The translations under genes and the position numbers were made by a program. Shown here one piece after another: positions 61,847 through 64,000 of a DNA stretch of 64,000 bases (the stretch's first letter is position 1; each line of letters starts with the position of its first letter). Source of the DNA: Octopus vulgaris (taxonomy: Eukaryota); contig OX597830.1 of NCBI GenBank assembly GCA_951406725.2, forward strand, positions 56,482,001 to 56,546,000, in the 5' to 3' direction. A model generated the notes under the pieces. The model was not told the DNA's origin. It did no database searches and was given only the letters and a program-made list of their open reading frames with translations.

Positions 61847-62226
61847 GTATATAATGGTAGTATCTTGAGTTTAAGGAAGATGGTTCAGCAATTTCTTGCT
61901 GAACAACCTGCATGAATGATTGGTTTATAGTGATCAAATGTTGTTCATGCTGCACATTGTCTCACTCCTCCCATCAAACCAACAATGCCTGTACAGGTGC
62001 ACAGTGGGTCACATGTCAGATGTTGAAGTGATTGCAGAGTGACAACATGAGGTGTCTTGCACCACCCAGTCTGGAAATCAAATCCACAATGCACCATTAA
62101 GTTTGGGAATTGAACCCACAATCTAACAATAGTGAGTGCAACACCCTAACCCCTAGGTCATGTGTCTTTACGATATATATATATATATATATAGTAAACA
62201 CCCTAATCCCTAGGCCATGTGTCTTT

Positions 62227-62645
62227 ACTATATATATATAAAATATAAATTGGACACGGGCAATCATAGTATTATTTCTTGTCTTGAGATTCACAGCTAA
62301 ACGGCTGGGTGGATTCGCATGAAAAATGGCACACATGCGGAGACGGGTGCATAGATTGGAATGCAGTTTATATTTTTTTCCTAACCCCCATACTTACTGA
62401 GAAAATCGATTAAAACTTTTCTAATGGAATTCCCTCTTTCTTCAGCTATTAAAACAATCTGTTGCTTAGAAGCTGTTTTCTGATGGGGTGGGGGTCAGAA
62501 AATTTTCATACAGCTGGAGGCTCCAATCGAAACAGGGGACCCGAAATGATAAGATTGACAAACGCTGTTATAGATTATGCCTAACCAAAAACAATCACAG
62601 CCACATCATCCAAACAGACTGGATGAAACCGGGCTTAGCTGCTAG
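62227..62645 (+). mobile_element. Helitron-like element
   Basis: (TA)n-aaa 5' end, subterminal aacggctgggtggattcgcatgaaa similar to the other copies, 3' degenerate hairpin plus gctag|t. Confidence 0.55.
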
Positions 62646-64000
62646 TATATATATATATATATAAATGGAGTTAAATGCAGGTGTTATTCAAATTTGATAG
62701 GTAGAACAGCTAAAGAAAGCGCATTGTGTGTGTGTGTGGGTGTGTCCATCCTTATCTTGACGACCTCGCTCTAATCGCTGAGTCACTATCAGAACTGGAG
62801 GAGAAGTTCCAGGTGTGGAAGGAGGGTTTAGAATCGAGAGGAAATACTAGCTTGCTTGGAAACAAGTAAGAGCTGATGACAAGAAGAGAATCTAGCCAAA
62901 GAAATTTTGTCTCATCAAATCTCATCTGAATCAGGCAAGCATGGAAAAATAGATGTTAGAATGACAATGATATTAATGTCAATATCATTATATAATATAT
63001 AATAATATCTACCGTAGTTACAAAGGTTATAAACCAATATCAACTTCAGTATTATCTCACAAAAAAAGCAAAAATAACATAGGGACAGACATGGCTGCAT
63101 AGCTGCAGAAGGGGCTATGAGGTTTTAGGTTCAGTCTGAATGTGTTGTATATTGAGTAAGTGTCCTTGGCCAACCAAAGCCTTGTGAGTGGATTTGGTAC
63201 ACAGAAACTGAAAGAAGACCATTAAGTTTTATATAAATGATTGTATGAATGTATGTAACACCTGAATGAGGTTATTGCAGAAGAATTTTGCCCAGGGTGC
63301 CACACAGTGAGATTGAACCCAGAGCCATGTGGTTGGGAAGCAAGCTTCTTACCACACAGCCATGCCTGCACCTGGGTGTAATTGATTTATTCAAACCCTG
63401 TATTTATTTTAATTGAGTCCTGAAGGATGAAAACACAAACTGACCTCATCAGTGATAATGGTTTAGTGATTATGGTGATGGTGGTGGAGTAACAGTAAGG
63501 ATAGTATAGGGGTAAGGATGGTATGGAGGGAACGAGTAATTATGATATTGCAGTGATGGTACCGGCGGCAGTGGTGCAGGGGCAGTAACGATGGTATGGT
63601 AGTGGTGATGCTAATGATGTAACTGTTGTGAAGCAAGTGTTAAGGATGGTATGGTGATGATGACAGTGGTGGTATTCAGTCCAAATGTGTTGTATATTGA
63701 GTAAGTGTCCTCGGCCGACCAAAGCCATGTGAATGGATTTGGTACACAAAAACTGAAAGAAGTCCATTGATTTATATATAAATGATTGTATGGATGTATA
63801 TAAGACCTGTGACTTCATTTGCATCCAATAATGTAGACTAGTTCTTCTTTCTGGGAAAATGCATGTGCTGTTTAGAGAGTGGGGTTAGTCCTGTGCAAGG
63901 TCTTTCTTCATTTTAAACAGCTTCAAGCATGTCTCTATGGCATGTTGCCTACTATGGCTAGCTGTCATCAAAAATGATAAAACACTCAATGGAAAATCTC

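Noticed and set aside
63140-63810. Direct repeat 63140-63260 / 63680-63810
   Set aside because: These are two similarly deleted SINE-A fragments, an ordinary local duplication.
53512-64000. Search for the DMXL 5' exons (MHLHQVLTGA.., IAASYG..IFEP-like)
   Set aside because: No matching coding segment was found by eye. The region is repeat-filled intron, so the start probably lies beyond the window.

Overview
This is AT-rich eukaryotic genomic DNA, dense in (TA)n/(CA)n/(TAA)n/(GAT)n microsatellites and short interspersed repeats. The repeat landscape looks like an octopus or other coleoid cephalopod (inference). The whole window appears to lie inside one large minus-strand gene, a DmX-like / Rabconnectin-3alpha (DMXL1/DMXL2, yeast Rav1 family) orthologue. 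I reconstructed 24 GT-AG, phase-consistent coding exons from 53511 down to 4832 (7220 nt, about 2406 codons, including the Rav1p_C motif WRKAALKNAFALLGRQRF). The start and the C-terminal WD40 exons were not found and probably lie outside the window. There are several optional microexon candidates (42, 41, 23 and 69 nt). Introns contain four tRNA-headed SINE families, RTE-, CR1- and R4/Dong-like LINE remnants, Tc1/mariner, Tigger-, hAT- and piggyBac-like DNA elements, Helitron-like elements, minisatellites and long palindromes. Almost all other ORFs in the track are repeat or antisense artefacts. No new system can be proven from sequence alone. The best leads are a minimal hammerhead ribozyme with a U3-A8 covariant core, a tRNA-Glu/RTE-tail chimera, a flip-flop Helitron terminal palindrome, a paralogous microexon pair, and long dsRNA structures next to exons.
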